Source: Clostridia bacterium (lineage in GTDB: Bacteria; Bacillota; Clostridia; RUG12999). From it: a stretch of 63,474 nt of DNA. The stretch's first letter is position 1. The number at the start of each line of letters is the position of its first letter. The notes under the pieces are model-generated. The model was given only the letters and a program-made list of their open reading frames with translations. It searched no databases and had not been told where the DNA came from. Below, one piece after another: positions 46,034 through 53,832 of the stretch. The stretch spans positions 1 to 63,474 of the forward strand of contig JAZQCS010000121.1 of the NCBI GenBank assembly GCA_045546415.1, in the 5' to 3' direction. The translations under genes were made by a program, and so were the position numbers.

Positions 46034-47077
46034 ATGCTTACATTTGAACAGATTTTTGTGCCGATTTGGGATACCGATATGGTTTACGGAGAAACCTTTA
46101 CAATGTACAGAAATGAAGATGGTAAGGTCTGTGCTCCGTTTTTATACAAACCGGAGGAAATAATTTCGGTGCAGAGTGCCACTTATGAAAAAACTTATGA
46201 GGAAGGCAAAGACTGGTATGTTGAAGGAAATATGCTTTATCTGACGGAAAACACAACAATTCCGTTTATGGAACATAAAGATATTTTTATGAAAGAGCCT
46301 TTGCCGGGTCACAGCTTTCCTTACCCGGAAGGCCATTTGCTTTTCCACGAGGGACATTTCTTTCAGGACAGACAGATTGCGGTTACATACAAATGTAAAA
46401 AAGGCGGTTGGAAAGGCTATGTACCTCAGTTTGAAGGCACCAACCTTCCTAAAACAATGAAAAAGCTGAAAGAGGACAAGCAGCTTCGGATTGTTCTTTT
46501 CGGTGACAGCATTTCAGCAGGTTCAAACGCATCGGGCAGAACTATAAATCCGCCATTTCAGCCTATATGGGGCGAGCTTGTGTGCGAAAAGCTTCGCAGA
46601 AGCTATGGTGCAGATATTAAGTTCATAAACGTTTCGGTAGGCGGTACGGATTCCGTATGGGGTATGAATGAGACTGAAAACAGAGTATGTGCAAACAACC
46701 CCGATTTGCTTATTCTCGGATTTGGTATGAACGGAAGCCACAAGCCTGAGGTTTTAAAGGAGCATATTGATACAATTATAAAAAAGGCAAAGGAAACAAA
46801 CCCGGATGTGGAGGTTATTATAATTTCAACATCTACTCCAAACCCGATTCTTACATCTCCTGCGGCAAAATTTATGACATATCAGCCTTTCTATAAAGAG
46901 GCACTTGATGAGCTTTGTGAAGAAGGAATTGTTGTTGCAAATGTCCGCGATGTACAGAAGGAACTGCACAGCAGAAAAAGGTTTATTGATACCACGGGTA
47001 ACAATGTAAACCACCCCAATGACTTCTTTATAAGAATTCACGCACAGATTTTAACTACAATGCTTATTGAAGAATAA
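46034..47077 (+). CDS. SGNH/GDSL hydrolase with an N-terminal extra domain
   Basis: RIVLFGDSISAGSNASG (block I), GFGMNGS (block II/III) and a late NHPND (block V DxxH-like). AAGGAGGA RBS. Confidence 0.8.
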   Translation: MLTFEQIFVPIWDTDMVYGETFTMYRNEDGKVCAPFLYKPEEIISVQSATYEKTYEEGKDWYVEGNMLYLTENTTIPFMEHKDIFMKEPLPGHSFPYPEGHLLFHEGHFFQDRQIAVTYKCKKGGWKGYVPQFEGTNLPKTMKKLKEDKQLRIVLFGDSISAGSNASGRTINPPFQPIWGELVCEKLRRSYGADIKFINVSVGGTDSVWGMNETENRVCANNPDLLILGFGMNGSHKPEVLKEHIDTIIKKAKETNPDVEVIIISTSTPNPILTSPAAKFMTYQPFYKEALDELCEEGIVVANVRDVQKELHSRKRFIDTTGNNVNHPNDFFIRIHAQILTTMLIEE

Positions 47078-47125
47078 AAAAGTGAAACATGATATACGGT
47101 GTTATTTAAAATGTGGTAATTTAAA

Positions 47126-47159
47126 AGGCTGAACGAAATTAATCGTTCAGCCTTTTTTT
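47126..47159 (+). terminator. Intrinsic terminator
   Basis: aggctgaacg-aaattaat-cgttcagcct followed by tttttt. Confidence 0.9.
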
Positions 47160-47262
47160 GTTGTAGGGAAGATTTACGAATTGCCAGCGTATAAGGTCTT
47201 AAGACTATCCTACACATTTATTCTTGATTGTCACAGTACAGAATAAAAAATATAATTTATTG

Positions 47263-47291
47263 TTGCATTTCCTGGGTTTTGGTGGTATAAT
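47263..47291 (+). promoter_or_regulatory. Sigma-A promoter driving a long leader
   Basis: TTGCAT (47263-47268), a 17-nt spacer, then TATAAT (47286-47291). Confidence 0.65.
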
Positions 47292-47297
47292 ATTATT

Positions 47298-47517
47298 GCT
47301 ACATGAAATCTAAAATTAAATTACGAAAGCACTTTTTTGTTACAGGGGGTATTGTACCCTCTTGTTTGTGTATCGTCATACTATTTGAATAGGCAAAAAG
47401 GCAAATTCCACGTATGACGGCACAAACAAGTGCGTTTCGTATGTTTATGATTTCGTGTAGCAACAAATCGGAGTTTGCGTTTTTCGGTGTGCAGCTTCGA
47501 TAGTTGCACACCTTTTT
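47298..47517 (+). ncRNA. Candidate structured leader / cis-regulatory RNA ending in an intrinsic terminator (class not recognised)
   Basis: 18-bp interrupted stem 47361-47381 / 47412-47430 with a 30-nt A-rich loop. Terminator ggtgtgca-N11-tgcacacc + T5 (47486-47517). A possible competing pairing gtgtagcaac (47455-47464) with gttgcacac (47502-47510). There is 85 nt between the terminator and the start codon. Confidence 0.45.
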
Positions 47518-47602
47518 AATTTATGGAGAGTCGAAAGGAGTATAGTTGTTTTTCGTAAAAAAGTGTGCATAAAACATATTAAAAAGTAAGGAGAATTTTC
47601 AA

Positions 47603-49300
47603 ATGAAAAGAATTATAAGTTTTTTTATTGTTTGTATGCTTTTATGCGGAAATGCTTTTGCTGAAAATAATTATAAAATTATCAATATGTCAGAATTTGC
47701 AAATGTCGATAATTTTGCAGAGGGTTTATGTGCTGTTCAAGATAAAACAAATGGTCGGTGGGGCTTTGTTGATATAAATAAAAATTGGGTAATTTCGCCA
47801 CAGTATAAAAGTGCAAGTTATTTTAAAAATGGTGTATGTGCGGTAAATACTGTGGACGGTGAGTCGGTCCTAATAAACCATAACGGCGATGTTGTTTTTA
47901 AATGTACAGAATATTATAATAATCTTACAAGTGAAGATGTATATATTGAGAAACACGGAAAAAATTTAATGGTATGGGAAGATATGAATAAGTGGGTTAC
48001 GCGCTACCAGGTTACCTTGTTGGATGAAAGTTATAATGTTATTACTCCAAACGCTATAAAGCTTCATAGTTTCATTGCAACAACAGACGAGTCTCCAATA
48101 ACTAGCCGAACTCTGTTTTGGGAGACTAGTCAGGGAGGCGTTTATAACTATAAGGGAATAGATATTAGTAATAGATTAACCGATGAAAATGTTTCGCTGT
48201 CTGACAAAATGATTGCGAATAATAAATATATTGTAGGCAAGGTAGATGGTAAAATAAAATGCTTTGATATAGATGGAAATAAAATTGCAGAATTTTCCAA
48301 TAGCGGAAAGACTTTATTAGATGGTGATTTAATTATTTGTAACAACAAAGTACATAATATATCAAAAAATAAAACTGTGTTTGAAAACGAAGATTTTAAT
48401 CTCGAAAAAATAGACGCATATTACAGTAAATTCTTTACCGTAAAAAAGAAAAATGGAACATCTGCACTCTATTCGGCAGATGGTGAAAAACTTGTAGATT
48501 TTGGAAAGTGGGACTATATTTATCCAACGTCAGCATCAAACAATGTTGTAGTTTGTGTCAATAATAAATATGGAATTGCTAATTATGAGGGTAATTTACT
48601 TTTACCTCTAGAATATGGTTTAAAGTCTATTTTTGTTTCTAGCAAAAACCCTATGTACTACTCAATTCTGTCAAACGATGGCAAATACGTAGTGTTAGCA
48701 AAAGGCAATGAAATAATCATTGTAAATACAGCAAACCTAAAAACCTACAATATCTCTAATACCAATAGTATATATACTGGGTACAAATATCACAAAATCA
48801 AAGGGGTGATTTTAGACAATAATTTTAATCCTATCTATAGTAATGAAAGCATTGATTATGTTGGTAAAGTCAATGGTATCAGTAATGGAATTATAAAACA
48901 AATACATTCAGGGAAACCTAATACATACGGGTTTGTAGTATTTAATGATAGTGGTGTAAAGGTTGAGATTGATAGTTCAAGATTAGAATTTGATGTGTTG
49001 CCGATTATTCAAAATGGACGGACACTTGTCCCGATGAGAGCAATTTTTGAAGCGCTGGGAGCTGATGTTGAGTGGAACGGAGATACACAGACAATAATCG
49101 CAAAAAACAAGAATGTTACCATTCAAATGCAGATAGGAAATAACACTTTAATAAAGAACGGACAAAATATACAGATGGATATATGTCCACAATTAGTAGA
49201 TGGTCGCACAATGGTTCCGGTCAGAGCGGTTTCGGACAGTTTCAATGTGACTGTTGACTGGGACGGCTATACACAGACAGTTTCGTTATTTACAAACTAA
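47603..49300 (+). CDS. Secreted WG-repeat (KWG-type) protein with a C-terminal copper-amine-oxidase-N 'stalk' domain
   Basis: Signal peptide. Repeats of the type G.WGFVD..G..VI.P.Y (GRWGFVDINKNWVISPQYKSASYFKNGVCAV; KYGIANYEGNLLLPLEYG). C-terminal GRTLVPMRAIFEALGADVEW / GRTMVPVRAVSDSFNVTVDW. AT-rich. Confidence 0.8.
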   Translation: MKRIISFFIVCMLLCGNAFAENNYKIINMSEFANVDNFAEGLCAVQDKTNGRWGFVDINKNWVISPQYKSASYFKNGVCAVNTVDGESVLINHNGDVVFKCTEYYNNLTSEDVYIEKHGKNLMVWEDMNKWVTRYQVTLLDESYNVITPNAIKLHSFIATTDESPITSRTLFWETSQGGVYNYKGIDISNRLTDENVSLSDKMIANNKYIVGKVDGKIKCFDIDGNKIAEFSNSGKTLLDGDLIICNNKVHNISKNKTVFENEDFNLEKIDAYYSKFFTVKKKNGTSALYSADGEKLVDFGKWDYIYPTSASNNVVVCVNNKYGIANYEGNLLLPLEYGLKSIFVSSKNPMYYSILSNDGKYVVLAKGNEIIIVNTANLKTYNISNTNSIYTGYKYHKIKGVILDNNFNPIYSNESIDYVGKVNGISNGIIKQIHSGKPNTYGFVVFNDSGVKVEIDSSRLEFDVLPIIQNGRTLVPMRAIFEALGADVEWNGDTQTIIAKNKNVTIQMQIGNNTLIKNGQNIQMDICPQLVDGRTMVPVRAVSDSFNVTVDWDGYTQTVSLFTN

Positions 49301-49305
49301 ACATA

Positions 49306-49341
49306 AGTCAAAAAATGCTCTCGCAGTTTTGCGAGAGCATT
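49306..49341 (-). terminator. Intrinsic terminator of the ADP-ribosylglycohydrolase-family gene
   Basis: aatgctctcgca/tgcgagagcatt 12-bp stem with a T-run on the minus strand. Confidence 0.8.
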
Positions 49342-49382
49342 CTACTGTTCTGGAACTCTTTAAGCATATTGTGGCTTTTGCT

Positions 49383-51284
49383 TTAAGCTTTGCTTTCTGT
49401 TTTGTGGAAATAACGGGATTTATCGTAAGAGTTCCGCACCGACCAGCTGAATTTGAATTCATCAGCACGGGTAATTTTAAAAATCATTCGGTTTTTACCT
49501 TTTTTTATTGTAACTCCGGGGTTGTTGTTGAAGGGAGTCCAGCTGCGGTGAATCTGAGAATCTGCCACAAGTCTGCCGTTTTCCCAAACCTTGAAAGGTG
49601 CGTTGCAACCAAAGTGGTGACAGCCTGCAACATCTTCTTCGGATACAAAATCGTAAACAAGGTAAACGCAGGCAGGTCCTTTGTATGTAACCTTGTCCTG
49701 AAGGTCGAAAATATCACCGTGAATATTGACGGTCTGAGTCAGGGTTTCATCTGCCAGAATTTCATCAAGATTTTTAAAGCTTTCGTCAATATACTCACGG
49801 TTTACATTTACAAAACCGCTGAACATTGCGGCAATATCTGCGTTACCATTAGGGGTTTTCTGCATTTTTTCACCATAGGGGTCGCTGTCGTAAAGGACGG
49901 TATCATAATTGTCAAAGAAAGGACCAATGAGCTTCATGGACATTGCTCCAAGGAGACCGAATTCGCAGGTTGCTTTGCCAAAGGTGGCTTTGCAGATGTT
50001 TGTAACGGGAAGAGTATCATCCTTTACCGTAAACACCGCTGTTGTGGAAAAGGACATTCCGGGCATAAGCACCAGGTCAACAGGGCTTCCGTGGAATTTA
50101 AGTGCTTTTGCCGGAGTAATGCGAAGTACACCTTCAATTTCTTCTTCACCGTTGTTGGTAACGGTAATTGTTACCGCTCTGCTTTCACCAATGCCGATGG
50201 TGGGGTCGCCCTCGTAATCGGCAATAATTGAAATTTCAGGGTATTCCGATGCCGGCAATGAGCCGTTTATACCTTTGGGAATATCGGTGATTTCAATATC
50301 CAGAAGCCCTTCTTCGTAGAAGGAGAGACCTGCTTTTACCGAAGCTTCGGCAAAGCTTTCAATGGTTTTGTAGGGACAATCAATATCAACAGTACCAACA
50401 ACAAGCTCGGTGCCGATTTTGTCAAGCCAGAATTTTGGGGTTTTCTTGGCACCGGTTATAATTCCCAGCAGGGAAAGAGCCGTTGCAGCGGTACAGTCGG
50501 TATCAAAACCACCGTTTACCGCATAAAGCAAGGTTTTGGTATAATCCTTTTCACCGTAAAGCAGGGCAAGAAGGGTAAGACCGCAGTTTGTGGGGGCATA
50601 GGAGGCATCCTGAGAGCCATATTTTGCTACAAGGCGGTTACGGGCGTTTTCCCAGGGAGTGCCACTTTCATATAAATCAAGAACAAAAAGAGCCACATCG
50701 TGAATGATGCTGTTTTCGGGGATGTGCTCAAGACCTTTTGCTATAAGCTTTTTCAGGTCACTTTCAAAGAATGCCTCACATTCCATAACGCTGTTGAAAA
50801 CCTCGGAATAAACAGATGGAAGGTCGTGGTCAACCGAGCCGTCTGCCATGGCATAGCTTTTTGCGGTTTCAGGGCTTCCCGGGGCAACTACCGCCCATAT
50901 TTCGCTACGGATGGGGCAACCCATTGAATTTTTAAAATAATCATTGTTAAAAACTCCGCTTGCAGGAGGCATAATGCCGCATTCTATGTTGCGGATTGCT
51001 ACAGCGTATTCGTTTGCAAGACATATGTTGTACCGTGCAAAGGATTTTGCAAAATCCGAGGAGGTCAGGGCTGTGCCCTTCTTTTCGAGCAAATCCACAA
51101 GCCAAAGCACCTGAAGGTCAAGGTCGTCGTTTGGGGGAATAACCTCAGGGAAAACATTGTCCAGAGTGTAGTGCAAAAGGGCTTTGTTGTTTTCAGAAAG
51201 AGCACCGCAGGCACCACCAATAGATTTTCCAAGCCAACAGCCAAAGGCTTTGTCAAGATATGTTTTGTAACTGAGTTTACGCAT
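49383..51284 (-). CDS. ADP-ribosylglycohydrolase-family protein with an about 300-aa C-terminal beta-rich extension
   Basis: N-terminal half: GCWLGKSIGG, PNDDLDLQ, and GGFDTDCTAATALSLLG (the metal-binding D-T-D of the ARH fold). ATG at 51284 lies 8 nt after AGGAG. Confidence 0.8.
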   Translation of the reverse strand: MRKLSYKTYLDKAFGCWLGKSIGGACGALSENNKALLHYTLDNVFPEVIPPNDDLDLQVLWLVDLLEKKGTALTSSDFAKSFARYNICLANEYAVAIRNIECGIMPPASGVFNNDYFKNSMGCPIRSEIWAVVAPGSPETAKSYAMADGSVDHDLPSVYSEVFNSVMECEAFFESDLKKLIAKGLEHIPENSIIHDVALFVLDLYESGTPWENARNRLVAKYGSQDASYAPTNCGLTLLALLYGEKDYTKTLLYAVNGGFDTDCTAATALSLLGIITGAKKTPKFWLDKIGTELVVGTVDIDCPYKTIESFAEASVKAGLSFYEEGLLDIEITDIPKGINGSLPASEYPEISIIADYEGDPTIGIGESRAVTITVTNNGEEEIEGVLRITPAKALKFHGSPVDLVLMPGMSFSTTAVFTVKDDTLPVTNICKATFGKATCEFGLLGAMSMKLIGPFFDNYDTVLYDSDPYGEKMQKTPNGNADIAAMFSGFVNVNREYIDESFKNLDEILADETLTQTVNIHGDIFDLQDKVTYKGPACVYLVYDFVSEEDVAGCHHFGCNAPFKVWENGRLVADSQIHRSWTPFNNNPGVTIKKGKNRMIFKITRADEFKFSWSVRNSYDKSRYFHKTESKA

Positions 51285-51343
51285 TAAAATCACTCCTTTT
51301 GATTTATTCTATCCTAAAAGGTGGGAAAAGTCAAGCGAAATAC

Positions 51344-51372
51344 TTGATTTTGGTTTGAATTTGTGGTAAAAT
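51344..51372 (+). promoter_or_regulatory. Sigma-A promoter with an extended -10
   Basis: TTGATT (51344-51349), a 17-nt spacer, then TGgTAAAAT (51367-51372). Confidence 0.65.
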
Positions 51373-51456
51373 GATTTCGTCAAGAATGAACTAAGCTAAA
51401 TTGCATGCGACAGCTAAATATGCTGCGCACACATATATTTAAGGAAGGTGCGAAAA

Positions 51457-52017
51457 ATGAAAATTACTTTACTTGGAGATTCCATAAGAGGTATAGGCTA
51501 CGGTACAATGGTTCCGGGACTTCTCGGTGACGATTTCGAGGTGTTTCAGCCTCACGATAACGGCAGATTCGCAAAATACACTTTAAGAGGAATTCACGAC
51601 TGGGCAGGTGCTATGCAGGGAAGCAGAATTGTTCACTGGAACAACGGTCTGTGGGATATATGCAAGCTTTTTGATGACGGAAGCTTTTCCTCCGAACAGG
51701 AATATATTGACTGTATGCTGAGAATTGCAGGGATTTTGCTTGAGAGATATGAAAAGGTTATTTTTGCAACAACAACTCCCGTTAACGAAAATCATCCTCA
51801 GCTTAAAAATGCGGATATTGAAAGATACAACAGCATTATTGTGCCTGTTCTTGAGGAAAAAGGCATTATAATCAATGACCTGTACACCCCTGTAAGTACA
51901 GATATTGATAAGTTTATCCGTAATGACGATAACATTCACCTGACAGAAGAAGGCATTGTTTTGTGCTCAAATCAGGTGGCAAAAGTTATCCGTCAGGTGG
52001 CGGAGAGTCTGGAATAA
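51457..52017 (+). CDS. SGNH/GDSL hydrolase
   Basis: MKITLLGDSIRG (block I) and a late DDNIHLTEEG (DxxH). Confidence 0.8.
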   Translation: MKITLLGDSIRGIGYGTMVPGLLGDDFEVFQPHDNGRFAKYTLRGIHDWAGAMQGSRIVHWNNGLWDICKLFDDGSFSSEQEYIDCMLRIAGILLERYEKVIFATTTPVNENHPQLKNADIERYNSIIVPVLEEKGIIINDLYTPVSTDIDKFIRNDDNIHLTEEGIVLCSNQVAKVIRQVAESLE

Positions 52018-52030
52018 AAGGAGTCAGAAA

Positions 52031-52981
52031 ATGAAAATAACCCTTCTGGATGATGCAACACTTGGTGAGGGGCTTGATTTTTCCTTGCTTTCCCGTTTCG
52101 GTGAGGTGGAAACCTGCGGAAAAACCCCACAGAATATGGTTGCGGAGAAAATTACAGACAGCGATGTCGTAATTATAAACAAAATAAAAATGAATGAGGA
52201 AAGCCTGCGTTTTGCAAAGAAGCTTAAGCTTATATGTGTTTTTGCGACTGGATTTGACAATATTGATGTGGGCTACTGCCGTGAGCACGGTATTGGAGTG
52301 TGCAATGTGAAGGGATATTCCACCGACAGCGTGGCACAGCTTACCCTGGCACTTGTGCTTCAGCTTATGAACAGAATTCCGGAATTTACGGATTATGTGG
52401 AAAGCGGAGCTTATTCAAAAAGCGGCTTGCAGAACTATTTAAAACCGCAGTTCTATGAGCTTTCAGGTAAAACCTGGGGAATAATTGGTTGCGGAAACAT
52501 AGGCGGCAAGGTTGCGGAAATTGCAACAGCCTTTGGGTGCAGAGTGCTTGTGAACAAGCGCACACCTCACCAGGTTTACGAAAACGCCACGGTGGATGAA
52601 ATATGTGAGAAAAGCGATATTATTTCAATTCACGCACCTCTGACTGATGAAACACGGGGAATTATAAGCCGTGAAAGAATAGGCAGAATGAAAAAAACAG
52701 CGGTGGTTGTGAATGTGGCAAGAGGGGCAATAACCGATGAAGAGGCAATTGCCGATGCCATTGAAACCGGTGCGCTGGGCGGTTTTGGTGCGGATGTGTA
52801 TTCCACAGAGCCTTTTCCGGTAAATCACCCATTTACACGGATTATGCACAGGGATAATGTTTGCCTTACACCACATATGGCGTGGGCGGCTGTGGAGGCA
52901 AGAAGGCGTTGCCTTGACGAGATTATTTTGAACATTGAAGCCTTTTTAAAGGGCGAAACGAGAAACAGAGTGGAGATGTAA
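52031..52981 (+). CDS. D-isomer-specific 2-hydroxyacid dehydrogenase (glycerate/hydroxypyruvate reductase-like)
   Basis: GIIGCGNIGGKVA Rossmann fold, VNVARG, and the PHMAW catalytic His region. Confidence 0.85.
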   Translation: MKITLLDDATLGEGLDFSLLSRFGEVETCGKTPQNMVAEKITDSDVVIINKIKMNEESLRFAKKLKLICVFATGFDNIDVGYCREHGIGVCNVKGYSTDSVAQLTLALVLQLMNRIPEFTDYVESGAYSKSGLQNYLKPQFYELSGKTWGIIGCGNIGGKVAEIATAFGCRVLVNKRTPHQVYENATVDEICEKSDIISIHAPLTDETRGIISRERIGRMKKTAVVVNVARGAITDEEAIADAIETGALGGFGADVYSTEPFPVNHPFTRIMHRDNVCLTPHMAWAAVEARRRCLDEIILNIEAFLKGETRNRVEM

Positions 52982-52983
52982 TT

Positions 52984-53532
52984 ATGAACAACATAAAACA
53001 GCAGACAAAACAGGCAGTTTGCGAGCTTATTGAAACTGCAAAGCTTAAACCGGGACAGATTCTTGTAGTGGGATGCTCCTCAAGTGAAATCGCAGGGCAG
53101 AAAATAGGCACCGGCTCAACTGTTGACATTGCAAGAGAGGTTTTTGAGGTTATTTTTGAAGAGGCAAAAAAACAGGGCATTTTCGGTGCGGCACAATGCT
53201 GTGAGCACCTTAACCGTGCAATAATAATTGAAGGGGAATGTGCTGAAAAATATTTCCTGGAGCCCGTGAATGTTGTTCCGCAGATTAAGGCAGGAGGTTC
53301 TTTTGCCACAAGTGCCTATCAGGCATTTGAAAACCCGGTGGCGGTGGAAAAAATCCGCGCCCACGCAGGGCTTGACATTGGGGACACATTTATAGGAATG
53401 CATCTTCGTGAGGTGGCTGTTCCTGTAAGACTTTCCGTGAACAAAATTGGTGAAGCTCACCTTACGGCAGCAAGAACAAGGGCAAAGTTCATAGGCGGAG
53501 AAAGAGCGGTTTATGACCCGGAGAAAATGTAA
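52984..53532 (+). CDS. TIGR01440/UPF0340-family protein (DUF436)
   Basis: LKPGQILVVGCSSSEI.GQKIG..S...A is the characteristic N-terminal motif of this family. Confidence 0.7.
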   Translation: MNNIKQQTKQAVCELIETAKLKPGQILVVGCSSSEIAGQKIGTGSTVDIAREVFEVIFEEAKKQGIFGAAQCCEHLNRAIIIEGECAEKYFLEPVNVVPQIKAGGSFATSAYQAFENPVAVEKIRAHAGLDIGDTFIGMHLREVAVPVRLSVNKIGEAHLTAARTRAKFIGGERAVYDPEKM

Positions 53533-53545
53533 AGAGGTAAAAGCT

Positions 53546-53722
53546 ATGCAGACCAATTGTGAAGAATGTATGAACTTTGTTTATGATGAGGAATTTGAAG
53601 AATATGTCTGTGCCGTGGATATGGACGAGGACGAAACCGCGGAGTTGCTTGCGAATCCGCGGAAGCGCTGTCCCTATTTCCGGTTCGGAGACGATTACAC
53701 AATCGTAAAAAAACAAAATTGA
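53546..53722 (+). CDS. Small acidic Cys-containing protein (58 aa), function unknown
   Basis: MQTNCEECMNFVYDEEFEEYVCAVDMDEDE...RKRCPYF has four Cys in a zinc-ribbon-like arrangement. AAGAGG RBS 8 nt upstream. Confidence 0.55.
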   Translation: MQTNCEECMNFVYDEEFEEYVCAVDMDEDETAELLANPRKRCPYFRFGDDYTIVKKQN

Positions 53723-53768
53723 CAATAATGTAAAAATCAACTACTAAATGTAAAATTTGACTATTGAT

Positions 53769-53832
53769 AAAACATCCTTTATGTTGTAAAATATATATGA
53801 GTGAGTATATTTTACAGAAAGGATGTTTTTTT
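53769..53832 (+). promoter_or_regulatory. Two-tier 23-bp hairpin plus T-run overlapping the RBS of the downstream paralog
   Basis: Outer stem aaaacatccttt (53769-53780) / aaaggatgtttt (53818-53829). Inner stem tgtaaaatata (53785-53795) / tatattttaca (53806-53816). Both are perfect. The right outer arm contains the AAGGA RBS, and T7 abuts the ATG at 53833. Confidence 0.7.

Noticed and set aside
47299-47511. A 70-aa minus-strand ORF in the long leader
   Set aside because: It has no RBS, it spans the hairpins and the terminator, and its orientation opposes the promoter. The region is better explained as structured RNA.
49254-50231. A 325-aa plus-strand ORF overlapping the end of the WG-repeat gene
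   Set aside because: It is antisense to the ADP-ribosylglycohydrolase-family gene, which has clear family motifs. The ORF has odd composition and no RBS.
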